Below, one piece after another: positions 19,648-30,900 of a stretch of 64,000 bases of DNA; position 1 is the first letter of the stretch; the number at the start of each line of letters is the position of its first letter. The stretch comes from Pseudomonadota bacterium. GTDB taxonomy: Bacteria; Myxococcota; JACRCW01; JAFGSX01. The stretch covers positions 64,001 through 128,000 of the forward strand of contig JBDRCO010000037.1 in NCBI GenBank assembly GCA_043821645.1, in the 5' to 3' direction. The notes under the pieces are model-generated. The model ran no database searches. It was not told the origin of the DNA and saw only the letters and a program-made list of their open reading frames with translations. Made by a program: the position numbers and the translations under genes.

Positions 19648-19930
19648 GGTGTCCCCGTCGACCTTCACCGTGGTCGTGGCTGGAGTATCGGCAGCCGCGA
19701 GCTCGTGTGCTGTGGCGAAGCGCACACTCGAGATCGACCGCCAGTAAAAGGACCTGAGTACAGGGGCTTGACCCGCGGTTCCAGGACTCGGTCAACCGCC
19801 CCATGGTCGGCCGCGCGAGCTCATCGGCATGTCGAAAGTTCTCTCCATCCCGCAGAGATTCGTACCCGACCTTGCTGCCGTGGAGGTAGCACGCTAGGTG
19901 CTTCACTGCGCGACGCAGCGAGGTCCAGAC

Positions 19931-20755
19931 ATGTCGACCGCGTTCTACGAATTGTTGCAGCCCTACGACGTGGTGACCCAGGCCTTGCTGGCGACCCTGT
20001 TCACCTGGTTCGTCACCGCGCTCGGTGCCTCCCTGGTGTTCTTCACCGGGCGTTTCAACCAGAAACTCCTTGACGGCATGCTGGGCATGGCCGCCGGCGT
20101 GATGATCGCGGCCAGCTTCTGGTCCCTGCTGGCACCTGCCATTGACATGACGGGAGGCGACTGGAAACCCGCGACCATCGGATTCTTGCTGGGCGGCGGT
20201 GGGCTCTACCTCATCGACAAGATCCTGCCGCACCTCCACTCCGGTCTCGACGTCAGCCAGGCCGAGGGTATCAAGACCTCGTGGCAGCGCAGCGTGTTGC
20301 TGGTGATGGCCATCACCCTGCACAACATCCCCGAGGGGCTGGCCGTGGGCGTGGCCTTCGGCGCCGTTGCTCACGCGACCAGCGCCGCCGATGCGCAGAC
20401 CGCCATGCTGGGAGGGGTGGCTCTGGCCATCGGTATCGGTCTGCAGAACTTCCCCGAAGGGCTCGCCGTGGCCATGCCACTCAGGCGCGAGGGCATGGGC
20501 AAGTTCAAGAGCTTCGTGTACGGCCAGGCCTCTGGGGTGGTCGAGCCCATGGCTGGCGTGCTGGGTGCCTGGGCCGTGCTCTCCATGCAGAGCGTGCTGC
20601 CCTATGCCCTGGCCTTCGCCGCCGGTGCCATGATCTTCGTCGTGGTCGAGGAACTCATCCCCGAGTCGCACCGCAATGGCTTCTCTGACTTCGCCACCGT
20701 CGGCACCTTGCTGGGCTTTGCGGTGATGATGATGCTCGACGTGGCGCTGGGCTGA
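19931..20755 (+). CDS. ZIP-family divalent metal transporter (ZupT/GufA type)
   Basis: Motifs [53 protein letters not shown] and MMLDVALG. Confidence 0.93.
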   Translation: MSTAFYELLQPYDVVTQALLATLFTWFVTALGASLVFFTGRFNQKLLDGMLGMAAGVMIAASFWSLLAPAIDMTGGDWKPATIGFLLGGGGLYLIDKILPHLHSGLDVSQAEGIKTSWQRSVLLVMAITLHNIPEGLAVGVAFGAVAHATSAADAQTAMLGGVALAIGIGLQNFPEGLAVAMPLRREGMGKFKSFVYGQASGVVEPMAGVLGAWAVLSMQSVLPYALAFAAGAMIFVVVEELIPESHRNGFSDFATVGTLLGFAVMMMLDVALG

Positions 20756-20767
20756 GCAGCTGGCACC

Positions 20768-21580
20768 TCACAGCCGAAGCGCGATCCCCAGACCCCCGCC
20801 GAGCGATCCCCCCCCGTCATCGACCAGGCTGCGCAGGTACAGGTCGACCTGGAAATCCGGGTGGATGCTGTAGGCTGCTCCTGCACCAAACGAGAGAAGG
20901 GGGCTGCCTTCGAGGGTCAAGGCTCCCTGCACGAAGCTGTCCACGAACAGACGGAGGTCTGTGGTCCAGGGTGTCAGCGGCCGCCACAGGGACGCCGTGG
21001 CACGCCACAGCGCGCTTTGACTCGGCCTGCCGTCGATGGCACCGACGAGGACCAGGTTCGTACCCAGGGACAGGTCGAGCGGGAGTGAAAAATCTGCAAT
21101 CAACGCCGTCTTGAGCAGGAGCTGCGACGCGCTGAAGCGCTCGGTCCCAAAGGGTGCCACCAGCGACACCAGCACACCCATGCTCGGCTGCCACATGGCC
21201 GCATCGGATCCCGGCTGGGCGAAGTTCCACTTGAGACCCAGGCCGAGATCCGAAATCCCGGCATGCAGTTGCACGCCCGCATCCTGCACGGGCTCCAGGT
21301 CCACAGCGGGTCCATCGCTCTCGAGGTGCAGCTCGACGACCTCGGAGACGCCCAGCCGCAACTTGAACGGGACACGAAGTGCCGTGCTGTTGGGCTCACC
21401 CAATGCCGTGCTCTGATCCACACCCAGCTCGAGCTGGATGTGTCCGCTCCCCACCGTGCCGCTCCCGTCCGGTGCGTCCGGTCGATCGGAGGACAGCGCC
21501 GAGGGCCCGGCCGCGGCGAAGGCACCTGGCAGATTGCCCATCAGGAGCACCAGGGATGGCAGAACGGAACGATGCCGCAT
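20768..21580 (-). CDS. Outer-membrane beta-barrel 'transporter' (MetA-pathway/phenol-degradation family)
   Basis: Signal peptide, SDRPD...TVG.G..QLE motif, alternating beta strands and a terminal GGLGIALRL strand. GGAGG RBS. Confidence 0.75.
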   Translation of the reverse strand: MRHRSVLPSLVLLMGNLPGAFAAAGPSALSSDRPDAPDGSGTVGSGHIQLELGVDQSTALGEPNSTALRVPFKLRLGVSEVVELHLESDGPAVDLEPVQDAGVQLHAGISDLGLGLKWNFAQPGSDAAMWQPSMGVLVSLVAPFGTERFSASQLLLKTALIADFSLPLDLSLGTNLVLVGAIDGRPSQSALWRATASLWRPLTPWTTDLRLFVDSFVQGALTLEGSPLLSFGAGAAYSIHPDFQVDLYLRSLVDDGGGSLGGGLGIALRL

Positions 21581-21594
21581 GTCAGCTCCTCCGC

Positions 21595-21648
21595 GTTGTC
21601 GAGGTGATCAGGAACGGGTTGTCGAGGTGATCAGGAACGGGTTGTCGA
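21595..21648. repeat. 23-bp tandem duplication (about 2.3 copies) spanning the AGCS stop codon
   Basis: GTTGTCGAGGTGATCAGGAACGG x2 followed by GTTGTCGA, read directly from the sequence. Confidence 0.92.
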
Positions 21649-22989
21649 TACGCGCGCTGCGAGGTAGTCCCGGGTCTCGCTTACCACCACCGGCGTCAGC
21701 AGCAGCAGCGCGACCAGGTTCGGAAAGGCCATCAGGCCGTTGAAGATGTCGGCGAGTCCCCACACCAGGTCCAGCTTGAGTACGGCGCCGACACCGATGA
21801 AGAGCACGAACACGTAGCGATAGGGTTTCACCGACACCGGTCCCAGCAGGTACTCGATGCTCTTCTCGCCGTAGTAGCTCCAGCCCAGCATGGTCGAGTA
21901 GGCGAACAGGATGAGGCCTATGGCGACGATGAGGTCACCCCAGGTGCCGGGCAGGCCAGCCTCGAAGGCCACGGTGGTGAGCTCGGCGCCGGTCTTGCCA
22001 TTGTTCCAGGTGCCGCTGACGATGAGCACCAGGCCCGTCATGGTGCACACGACCAGGGTATCGATGAAGGTCTGGGTCATGGACACCAACGCCTGGGACA
22101 CCGGGTGCTTGGTCTGTGCTGCGGCCGCCGCGATGGGTGCCGAGCCCAGGCCGCTTTCGTTGCTGAACAAGCCGCGCGCCACGCCCATGCGGATGGTCAT
22201 CATGACGGTGGCGCCGAGAAATCCCCCCGACGCTGCGGTGGGTGTGAAGGCCTCGCTGAACACCAGGGCCAGGGCGGCCGGGATGCGGTCGACGAAGATC
22301 GCCAGGATGACCAGCGCGCCCAGCGAGTAGAACACGATCATCACGGGCACCAGCACCGAGGTCACGCGGCCTATGCTCTTGATGCCACCGATGATGACCA
22401 GGGCCGTCGCCACCATGAGCACCACGCCGCTCACCCAGGTGGGGACGCCGAAGCTCGCACGCACCGCGCTGGCCACCGAGTTGCTCTGCACCATGTTGCC
22501 GATGCCAAAGGCGCTCAGGGATGCGAAGACTGCGAACAGCACGGCCAGCCAGCGCTGCTTCAGGCCCTTCTCGATGTAGTACATGGGGCCGCCGCGAACC
22601 TGGCCGCTGGCGTCGATCTCGCGGTACTTCACGGCGAGCACGGCCTCGGCGTACTTGCTGGCCATGCCGACCAGGCCGGTCACCCACATCCAGAACAGCG
22701 CCCCCGGCCCACCTGCGGCGATGGCCGTGGCCACGCCTGCGATGTTGCCGGTGCCGACCGTCGCCGACAGCGCCGTCATCAAGGCTTGAAAGTGTGTGAT
22801 GTCGCCTGGCTGGTCGTCGTCCTCGCGACGCTTGACCAGCGCCAGGTACAGCGCATGCCCGAGGTGGGTGAACTGAAGGCCCGCGAGTCGGATGGTCAGC
22901 CACAGACCCGTGCCGACCAGCAGCAGCATCAGCGGCGCGCCCCATACGTAGCCGCCCAGCGTGTTGACGAGACCCTGCAGCGTGTCCAT
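21631..22989 (-). CDS. Alanine/glycine:cation symporter (AGCS family)
   Basis: Motifs [56 protein letters not shown] and [20 protein letters not shown]. Confidence 0.95.
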   Translation of the reverse strand: MDTLQGLVNTLGGYVWGAPLMLLLVGTGLWLTIRLAGLQFTHLGHALYLALVKRREDDDQPGDITHFQALMTALSATVGTGNIAGVATAIAAGGPGALFWMWVTGLVGMASKYAEAVLAVKYREIDASGQVRGGPMYYIEKGLKQRWLAVLFAVFASLSAFGIGNMVQSNSVASAVRASFGVPTWVSGVVLMVATALVIIGGIKSIGRVTSVLVPVMIVFYSLGALVILAIFVDRIPAALALVFSEAFTPTAASGGFLGATVMMTIRMGVARGLFSNESGLGSAPIAAAAAQTKHPVSQALVSMTQTFIDTLVVCTMTGLVLIVSGTWNNGKTGAELTTVAFEAGLPGTWGDLIVAIGLILFAYSTMLGWSYYGEKSIEYLLGPVSVKPYRYVFVLFIGVGAVLKLDLVWGLADIFNGLMAFPNLVALLLLTPVVVSETRDYLAARVSTTRS

Positions 22990-23139
22990 GCCTGGACTCC
23001 TCACTCCGAGAGCGGAGCCACCCCTGCTCATGCCATCCCTGCCGACGAGAACGAGCCATTTTTCGAGGCAAGGTTGACCACGATCTCGCTTTTACATAGC
23101 AGCACATGCCAGTACAGTGCGAGCTTCAGGCGAGGAGAA

Positions 23140-24441
23140 ATGGACGCGGGCGGGGGGCGAGGCGTGACCGGTCTCAGCACGACGAGGAAGCTCAGTTACG
23201 CGGCCGGTGGTGCCGCGATGAACCTGAGCAACCTGGTCATCTCGCAGTGGCTGTTCGTGCTCTGGGCCTCGGGTGGGCCAAGTTCCCATGTGTCCCCGGC
23301 CCTGTTCGGCTCCCTGTTCATGCTGGGACGCGTCACCGACGCCATCACGGACCCGCTCATCGGCTACTGGAGCGACAACGCGCGCTACCGGCGCGGACGG
23401 CGCATACCTTTCATCGCCCTGGGGCTGCTGCCCTTTGCCGTGGTCTTCTTTCTGCTGTGGGTGCCACCGATCGAGGGGCGGCACTGGTTGAACGCGGTGT
23501 ATATCGCCCTCGTCATCCAGACCTATTTCGTGCTGTACACCATCGTCAACACCCCCTACGTGTCACTGCTGCCCGAGATCGCCGTCGAGGCGCGCGACCG
23601 CATCAACATCTCGACCCTGCAGGCTGTGTTCGTGATGCTCGGGACCATCGTGTTCGGTGCCATGAGCCTGGTGCTGGCCAGCGGTGGCTGGCGCGCCGTC
23701 GGTGTGGTGGTGGCAGTGGTCATCGTGGCGTCCTACTTGCCCACGGTGCTGGCGATCCGCGAGCGGCCCACGCTGCGCCATGACGTCGAGGGCGCACCCT
23801 CCGCGCTGTGGCCCTGGCTGCGCACCACCCTCCAGCATCGCGCTTTTTTGCATCTTGTCGCCGCCACGTCCCTGTGCTGGTTTGGCCTCAACCTGGCGCT
23901 GATGCTGGTGCCATTCTGGGTCCAGGACGTGCTCGGGCTACCAGAGGCTGCGGTGGCCAAGTTGATGGCGCCGTTCCTGATCAGCAACATCCTGTTCTTC
24001 GGGGTCTTCAACCTGCTCGCCAAGCGCTTTGGCAAGTACCGCATGTTCCTGGTGACGCTCATCGGTTCGGGCTTCGCCTTGCCGCTCATCGCCCTGGTCG
24101 GTGTCTTCGAGCTGGGATCGCCTCTGATCCTGTCCATGGTGGCGTTCGGTGTCGTCGGAGCGCCGGTCGCGGGCTTTCTCATGTTGCCTTTTGCGCTGCT
24201 GGCCGATGTGGTGGACGACGACGCGAAGGCCACTGGGCGCCGACGCGAGGCCATCTTCTTCGGCGTGCAGGCGATCTTTCAGAAGACTGTGATCGGCGCC
24301 AGCATCCTGGTGTTCGGACTACTGGCCGAGAACAGTGGAGCCACCGCGTTGCGAACGGTGGCGGTGGTGGCCGGTGTGGCCTGTCTGCTTGGAGCCGTGG
24401 CCTTCGTGGGATACCCGCTACGGTCCGTGGACAGGCGATGA
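23140..24441 (+). CDS. MFS transporter, glycoside-pentoside-hexuronide (MelB-like) family
   Basis: Motifs GRVTDAITDPLIGYWSD...GRRIPFI, PYVSLLPEI and ADVVDDD..ATGRRREAIFFG. Start is ATG 23140 or GTG 23164. Confidence 0.9.
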   Translation: MDAGGGRGVTGLSTTRKLSYAAGGAAMNLSNLVISQWLFVLWASGGPSSHVSPALFGSLFMLGRVTDAITDPLIGYWSDNARYRRGRRIPFIALGLLPFAVVFFLLWVPPIEGRHWLNAVYIALVIQTYFVLYTIVNTPYVSLLPEIAVEARDRINISTLQAVFVMLGTIVFGAMSLVLASGGWRAVGVVVAVVIVASYLPTVLAIRERPTLRHDVEGAPSALWPWLRTTLQHRAFLHLVAATSLCWFGLNLALMLVPFWVQDVLGLPEAAVAKLMAPFLISNILFFGVFNLLAKRFGKYRMFLVTLIGSGFALPLIALVGVFELGSPLILSMVAFGVVGAPVAGFLMLPFALLADVVDDDAKATGRRREAIFFGVQAIFQKTVIGASILVFGLLAENSGATALRTVAVVAGVACLLGAVAFVGYPLRSVDRR

Positions 24442-24474
24442 AGGGGCGCGCCTCGCGCGCGCGGGAGGGAGCCG

Positions 24475-26442
24475 ATGACGGATTCGCCCAAGACCGAGGC
24501 TTCGCCCGCGGCTGATCTGCAAGGGGTGGTCGAGTTCCAGCAGCGGCGCTTCGAATGCCTGGCCTCGCTCGTCGACGAGGTCGTGTTCGAGATGGACCAG
24601 CGCGGGGTCATGACCTACCTCAACGGCCGCGCCTACGAGATCTCGGGCTACCAGCCTGACGACCTCCGGGAGGGTTTCGACGCGACACAGCTCGTCGTCG
24701 AGGAGGACAGACCGCGCGCCAGGGACAACCTGGTCAAGCTGATGCAGGGAGCAGAACCGGAGGCGCACGAGTACACCGCCCGGCGCAAGGATGGCAGCAC
24801 CTTCCCGGGCATCACGCGCTCGGCGGTACTCCGTTCCCAGGGCCAGTTTCGCGGAGTGCTCGGGACAATCCGGGATATCAGCGCGCGACGCGAGGCCGAG
24901 AAGTTCGCTCGCGAGCGCGAGTACAGGTTTCAGACAGTGTTCCAGACCATCCCCGACGCCATCGCGGTCACCACGCTGGATGGGGTCTTTGTCGACGTCA
25001 ACGAGGGGTTCTGCGCGGTGACAGGGTACCGCCGCGAGCAGGTGGTCGGGCACAGCGTGTTCGACCTCGGCCTCTACTCGGACTTCTCGGATCGGGAACG
25101 CGGGCGTGAGGCACTCCTGGCCGCCGGCGCTCTCGCGAACTTCGAGACCGTGCTCATCCACAGCGATGGATTGCGGCGCGACGCCCTGATGTCCGCCCGC
25201 CTGTTCACGTGGGACGGCATCCCGCATCTGCTCACCGTGGGCCGCGACATCACCGAGAACAAGCGCGCCGAGCGCGAGCAGCACGAACTGGTCGAGCGCG
25301 TTCAGCAAGCCCAAAGGCTCGAGAGTCTGGGTGTGCTGGCGGGAGGCATCGCGCACGATTTCAACAACCTGCTCATGGGGATCCTAGGTCAGGCGGATGT
25401 CGGGCTGGCGGATGCCGAGGTGGGCAGCCCGGTGGCAGCCCGACTGTCGCAGATCCAGGATGTGGCGCGGCGCGCCGCCGAGCTGACCGGGCAGCTACTG
25501 GCTTACTCGGGCCACGGCCGCTTCGTGACGCAGCCCGTGGATTTGAGCCGGCTCGCTCGCGAGCTGCGCCCGCTCTTCGCCATGTCCGTGTCCAAGAAAG
25601 CCGAGCTGTGCTTCGAGTTGACCGAGGACCTGCCCGCCGTGCACGCCGATCCATCGCAGCTGCAGCAGGTGATGATGAACCTGGTTCTCAACGCAAGCGA
25701 GGCCCTCGTCGAGGGCTCCGGGCGCATCGGAATTCGCACGGGTGTGGCGCATCGCTCGGGACGGGAGCTGTCGGCCATGCCCCCGCACGAAGCGCGCAGC
25801 GATGGGCACTATGTCTTCGTCGAGGTGTGTGACGATGGCTGCGGTCTTGCCGACGACGTGCGCGATCGCATGTTCGAGCCCTTCTTCTCCACCAAGTTCA
25901 CCGGTCGCGGTCTGGGTCTGGCCGCCCTGCTGGGTATCGTGCGAAGTCACGGCGGTGCCATCGAGACCGGCCGCTGCGTACCCCAGGGCACGCGGATCCG
26001 GGTCTACCTGCCTGCCAGTGGTGCGCGGGTTCCTGCTCCCGACCCCGAGCCTGCAGTGGACACGACCTGGCGCGGTCAAGGCACGGTGCTGCTCATCGAC
26101 GACGATGCCGACGTGCGCATGGTCGGTGAGCTCATGCTGCGGCGGCTCGGTTTCGACGTGGTGCTTGCCGAGGATGGCTACCAGGGCTGCGAGCTTCTGG
26201 ATCAGCACAGGAGCGAGGTGCGTTGCGTACTCCTCGATCTGACCATGCCAGGCCTCGATGGCGTCGAGACCTTGATCCGTTTGCGCCAGGTGCGCGCTGA
26301 CGTGCCGGTGGTCCTCAGCAGCGGCTTCACGGAGCAGGATGCCGTGGAGCGCTTCGCCAAGGTCGAGCTGGCGGGATTTCTGCAAAAGCCCTACGGCACG
26401 GCGGCGCTGCGCGAAAAGCTGCGGCGGGCTCTCGGCGAGTGA
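24475..26442 (+). CDS. PAS-PAS hybrid sensor histidine kinase / receiver (CckA-like)
   Basis: Two PAS domains, H-box GGIAHDFNNLL, N-box NLVLNASEA, G-boxes D.GCG and FSTKFTGRGLGL, and a receiver domain LLIDDD...LLDLTMP...KP. Confidence 0.95.
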   Translation: MTDSPKTEASPAADLQGVVEFQQRRFECLASLVDEVVFEMDQRGVMTYLNGRAYEISGYQPDDLREGFDATQLVVEEDRPRARDNLVKLMQGAEPEAHEYTARRKDGSTFPGITRSAVLRSQGQFRGVLGTIRDISARREAEKFAREREYRFQTVFQTIPDAIAVTTLDGVFVDVNEGFCAVTGYRREQVVGHSVFDLGLYSDFSDRERGREALLAAGALANFETVLIHSDGLRRDALMSARLFTWDGIPHLLTVGRDITENKRAEREQHELVERVQQAQRLESLGVLAGGIAHDFNNLLMGILGQADVGLADAEVGSPVAARLSQIQDVARRAAELTGQLLAYSGHGRFVTQPVDLSRLARELRPLFAMSVSKKAELCFELTEDLPAVHADPSQLQQVMMNLVLNASEALVEGSGRIGIRTGVAHRSGRELSAMPPHEARSDGHYVFVEVCDDGCGLADDVRDRMFEPFFSTKFTGRGLGLAALLGIVRSHGGAIETGRCVPQGTRIRVYLPASGARVPAPDPEPAVDTTWRGQGTVLLIDDDADVRMVGELMLRRLGFDVVLAEDGYQGCELLDQHRSEVRCVLLDLTMPGLDGVETLIRLRQVRADVPVVLSSGFTEQDAVERFAKVELAGFLQKPYGTAALREKLRRALGE

Positions 26443-26481
26443 GCCTCGGTGCAGGGACCCGGATCCGCTTCGCCTCCCCGT

Positions 26482-27774
26482 TCAGACTCCCGTTTCACTC
26501 CACGCTGCTCCATCCCAGCGCCTCAAGTAAATCTGCATGCGGCCCGAGGATCCGTCTTGCCAGGCCACGACGGGACGCCCACGGCTATCCAGGGCGAGCG
26601 AAGGCAGCCACGAGCCTCCGTCGTTGGCGCTGAGGCCGCCCCCCGACCCTGAGCCACCGAGGGATTGCCAGGACTGACCGTCGTAGCGCCGCAGGTAGAT
26701 CTCCCAGTTGCCGTTGCTGCTATCGTGCCAGACAACGGTGGGCAGCCCTGTGGCATCGAGCGCCAGATCCGCAAACCAGGACTCCGCCGGCGAGGCACTG
26801 ATTCCACCGCCGGTGGCAGATCCTTGCAGCTCGTCCCAGCTCGGAGGGCTGTACCTTCGCAGATCGATCTGCCAGGTCCCGGAGCTGTCATCGCCCCAGG
26901 CCACCAGCGGTCGATCCTGGGCGTCGATCGCGAGCACTGGATTGTACGAGTCACCCGGTGTCGCGCTCAGCCCGCTCGCCTGTGCCGATCCCGCCAGTTG
27001 CTGCCAGGCGATGCCATCAAAAGCGCGCAGCAAGATCTCGGCGGTGCCCGCCTGGTGGTCGTGCCACGCCACAACGGGCTGGCCTGCGCTATCCAGGTCC
27101 AGGGCCACGTACCACGATGCGCCAGCGGTTCTGCTCACGCCTCCGCTGGTGGCCGAGCGGGCCAGCTCCACCCACCCTGTCCCGTCGTGCACGCGCAAGT
27201 AGATCTCCGAGTTGCCGTCGATGGACTCGTGCCAGGCCACCACTGGATGGTCAGAGCTGTCCAGCTTGAGGACGGGGTAGCCTGAGTTATCCGGGGTGTG
27301 ACTGACGCCGCCACTGCTGGCGCTGCCGTCGAGCTCAACCCATGCCTCGCCATTGAAGCGTTTGAAGTAGATTTCCCACTGGCCCGCCGTGTCGTCGTGC
27401 CAGGCCACGGCCGGGCGACCGCCGCTGTCCAGGGCCAGACTGGGTGCCTCGGATTGTCCGGCGCTGTCGCTGACCCCGCCGCCGCTGGCCGAGCCGCCGA
27501 GTTCCTTCCACCGCTCTCCATCATAGTGGCGCACGAAGATTTGCGTTGTACCCGAGGACGAATCCTCCCAGGCCACCAGGGGCTGGTCATTGTTGTCGAG
27601 AATCAGGCTAGGCGAGGCCGCCTGACCCTGGCTCTGGCTGATGCCGAGCGTCCGTGCCGAGCCCGGACGAACTCCGGCGTCCTCGTCGCTGGCGAAGCTC
27701 TCGAAACCGGTCCGGCAGTCTGAGAACAGGAGAGCCGACAGCAGCATCGCCGCGAAGGTAGGTGCCTGTCGCAT
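26482..27774 (-). CDS. Probable lipoprotein with seven 56-aa repeats (7-bladed beta-propeller)
   Basis: Signal peptide ending FSD-C. Seven copies of PSLALD..G.PVVAW.D...G..EIY.R..DG..W..L.GSA..GG.S. Confidence 0.8.
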   Translation of the reverse strand: MRQAPTFAAMLLSALLFSDCRTGFESFASDEDAGVRPGSARTLGISQSQGQAASPSLILDNNDQPLVAWEDSSSGTTQIFVRHYDGERWKELGGSASGGGVSDSAGQSEAPSLALDSGGRPAVAWHDDTAGQWEIYFKRFNGEAWVELDGSASSGGVSHTPDNSGYPVLKLDSSDHPVVAWHESIDGNSEIYLRVHDGTGWVELARSATSGGVSRTAGASWYVALDLDSAGQPVVAWHDHQAGTAEILLRAFDGIAWQQLAGSAQASGLSATPGDSYNPVLAIDAQDRPLVAWGDDSSGTWQIDLRRYSPPSWDELQGSATGGGISASPAESWFADLALDATGLPTVVWHDSSNGNWEIYLRRYDGQSWQSLGGSGSGGGLSANDGGSWLPSLALDSRGRPVVAWQDGSSGRMQIYLRRWDGAAWSETGV

Positions 27775-27950
27775 GCCGCCATCTTCTCGTGGGTCTGCAC
27801 ACCCGCGCAAGGCGCCCGCGTGCCCGGAGCGGGTGTCAACGCGAGATCCGCACCCGGTCCCGGAGCGCATAGATGATCTGTTCCGCGAAGCCAGGACTCA
27901 CGTACTATGAAACAGGGTAAACTCGATTCAATAAAATCGGGGGTCTCAGT

Positions 27951-30900
27951 ATGACCAGTCCAGACATTGCGAATGGGGCTTTATTGAGCAAGAGAAGGGC
28001 GCTCAGGGGCGGCCTTTCTCTCGGAATCACGGCCCTGTGGGTATCTTTTCTGGGTCCCACACCTGCGGCGCTGGCCCAGTCCACGGCTTTTGTCGAGGAT
28101 TTCGCATGTCCCGTGACCGGCAGCTTCGGAGTTCCAGCGGGCATCTACGGCTGGCAGGCGAGCTGGACCGGGGACGCCTGGCAGACCAGTGTCGATGTGC
28201 CTGGCACCGTGTCACCCAAGACGGATGATCTCGTGGGCAGCAGCTTTGGCGCACCGCTTGACGAGTACGAGAACTTCCTGGTCACGGGTCACCCGCTGTG
28301 GGACGACGTGACCCTGCGGGTCGACGTGGCCAACGCGGACGACGACGCCTTTGGTGTACTGGTGCGCTACACCGCACCCCAGACCTACTACGCCTGCTGG
28401 ATGACCAACCTGCGTGGACCCGACTGCAATGGCGACGGCGGAGACTTCACGCCTGCGATTCGCCTGATGCGGGTGAGCACGGAAAGCTGTGGTGCGAGCA
28501 ACAACTACATCGTCGACGAGGTGGCCTACACCTTTGTCGAGGACATCACCCACTGGTACACGATGGAGCTGAGCGCCATCGGTGGACAGATCACATGCTC
28601 GGTTGATACCGACGAGAATGGCAGCCTGGAGACCGTGCTCCAGTACACCGATCCGAGTCCCCTGGGACCAGGACTTGCGGGCTTGCTGTCCTGGGATAAT
28701 GGCAACATTGCCCAGGCCGGCGCTGGCGGCGACCTCATCTTCGACAACGTCCGCATCACCATCCACGACCCGGACGCGGACGGCGACGGGCTGCCCGACG
28801 CGGTCGAGGCAGACATCGGGACGCTCCCCGACAACCCGGACAGTGACGGCGACGGCATCAGCGATCGCGACGAGGCCATGATGCCTGCTCACGTGCCGGA
28901 CACGGACGGCAGCGGCGGCATCGATCCTCTGGACATCGACTCCGACGGTGACGGGGTTCCTGACCGAGTCGAGGCCGGGGACGCGGACCTGAACACGCCC
29001 CCCATCGACACGGATTGCGACGGCCTGCCGGATTTTCGTGACACCGACTCCGATGGCGACGGCGTGCTCGACGGCGACGAGGATCTGGACGGCGACGGTG
29101 TGCTGGATCCCGGCGAGACCAGCTCCACCATCGTGGACACGGACGGCGATGGCTGGTGCGATGGCTCGAGCAACGTCTCCGGTGTGTGCCAGGGCGGGGA
29201 CAACTGTACCTGGGTCGCCAATCCCGGGCAGGAAGACCAGGATCACGACGGCGTCGGCGATGCCTGCGAGGTGCCGACCGACAGCGATGGTGACGGGCTC
29301 CTGGACAGCGTCGAGACCAGCATAGGCACCGACCCCCACAACCCGGATAGCGACGGCGATGGCATCGGTGACGCGGTCGAGACGGACAACGGCCAGCCCG
29401 GTTTGGACAGCGACGGCGATGGCACCATCGATGCGCTCGACCTCGACAGCGATAGCGATGGCGTGCTCGATCGCGTCGAGGGCACGCGGGACAGCGATGG
29501 TGATGGCACGGGGGACTGGCGCGATCCCGACGATGACGGCGACACCATCCCGACCCGGGTCGAGAACGCACCCTGGGACCCACAACCCGGTGAGACCTCG
29601 GATGGCACGCGCTTCGGCAACGATGTGGACGGCGACGGGATCCCCAATTACCTCGACCGCGACGCCGACGGCGACGGGCTGACAGATGCTGCCGAGGCCG
29701 GGGACACGAACCTGCAGACACCACCCGCAGACGCGGACCAGGACGGCATTCCCGACTACCTGGACCCCTTGCCCGCGGACGGTCCTGACGGTGATGCCGA
29801 TGGGGATGGTCTGACCAATGGCCAGGAATTCGCCCTGGGCACCAACCCACTTGACCCAGACACCGACGGCGATGGCGTGGACGATGGTACCGAGGTCGGC
29901 GACCCGGCCAGCCCGCGCAACACGGACGGGGATGCCCACATCGACGCCCTGGATCCTGACGACGATGGCGACGGCATCCTCACCCTTCGCGAGCGCCAGG
30001 ACGCGGCCGCGCACGGCGACGACCTGGATGGCGACGGTGTGCCCCCCTACCTGGATCTCGAGTCCGATGGCGATGGCATCCCGGACAGCGTGGAGGGTAC
30101 GGGGGATGTGGACGGCGATGGCGCTCCCAACTACCTGGATCTGGATGCGGACGGCGATGGGCGGCCGGATCTGGTCGAGGGGACAGGCGACGACGACAAC
30201 GACGGGTTGCCCAACTTCCTGGACCCCGTGGACGACGACGGCCCGAACGCCGATCCCGACGGCGACGGCTTGATCACGAGCGTCGAGGTGGGACTGGGCA
30301 CGGATCCCTACAACCCGGACAGCGACGGCGATGGCGGCGATGACTCGGAGGAGACCCAGGGCGGCACGGCCAGCGTGGACACCGATGGCGACGGTGTCAT
30401 CGACGCCCTGGACCCGGATGATGACGGCGATGGCATCCTGACTCGTACCGAGCGGGACCACGGCGCGCTGCATGGTGACGACGTGGATGGCGATGGCCAC
30501 CCCAACTGGCTGGACACCGAATCCGATGGAGATGGCCTCGACGACACGGTGGAGGGCACCGGCGACGTGGATGGCGACGGCGTTCCCAATTACCTGGATC
30601 TCGATGCCGATGGCGACGGCAAGCCCGACCAGGTCGAGGGCATCGAGGACCTCGACGGTGACGGCGTGCCGGGCTTCCTGGACCCGGTCGACGACGACGG
30701 GCCCGATGCGGATCCCGATGGCGATGGTCTGACCAACATCCAGGAGACGACCCTAGGCACCGATCCCTACAACCCCGACACCGATGGTGACGGTCTGGAC
30801 GACGCCACGGAGGTCGGGCCTGACCTGGCCAACCCCCAGGACCACGACGGCGATGGAGTGCCCGACGCCCTGGATCCGGACGACGACGGCGACGGTATCC

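Noticed and set aside
21595..21648. 23-bp direct repeats as a mini-CRISPR
   Set aside because: The copies are contiguous with no spacers, and there are no cas genes.
22990..23139. Glycine riboswitch upstream of the AGCS symporter
   Set aside because: The conserved GGAGA/CCGAAG/CTCTCAGG elements are not seen, and the region is a short divergent promoter.
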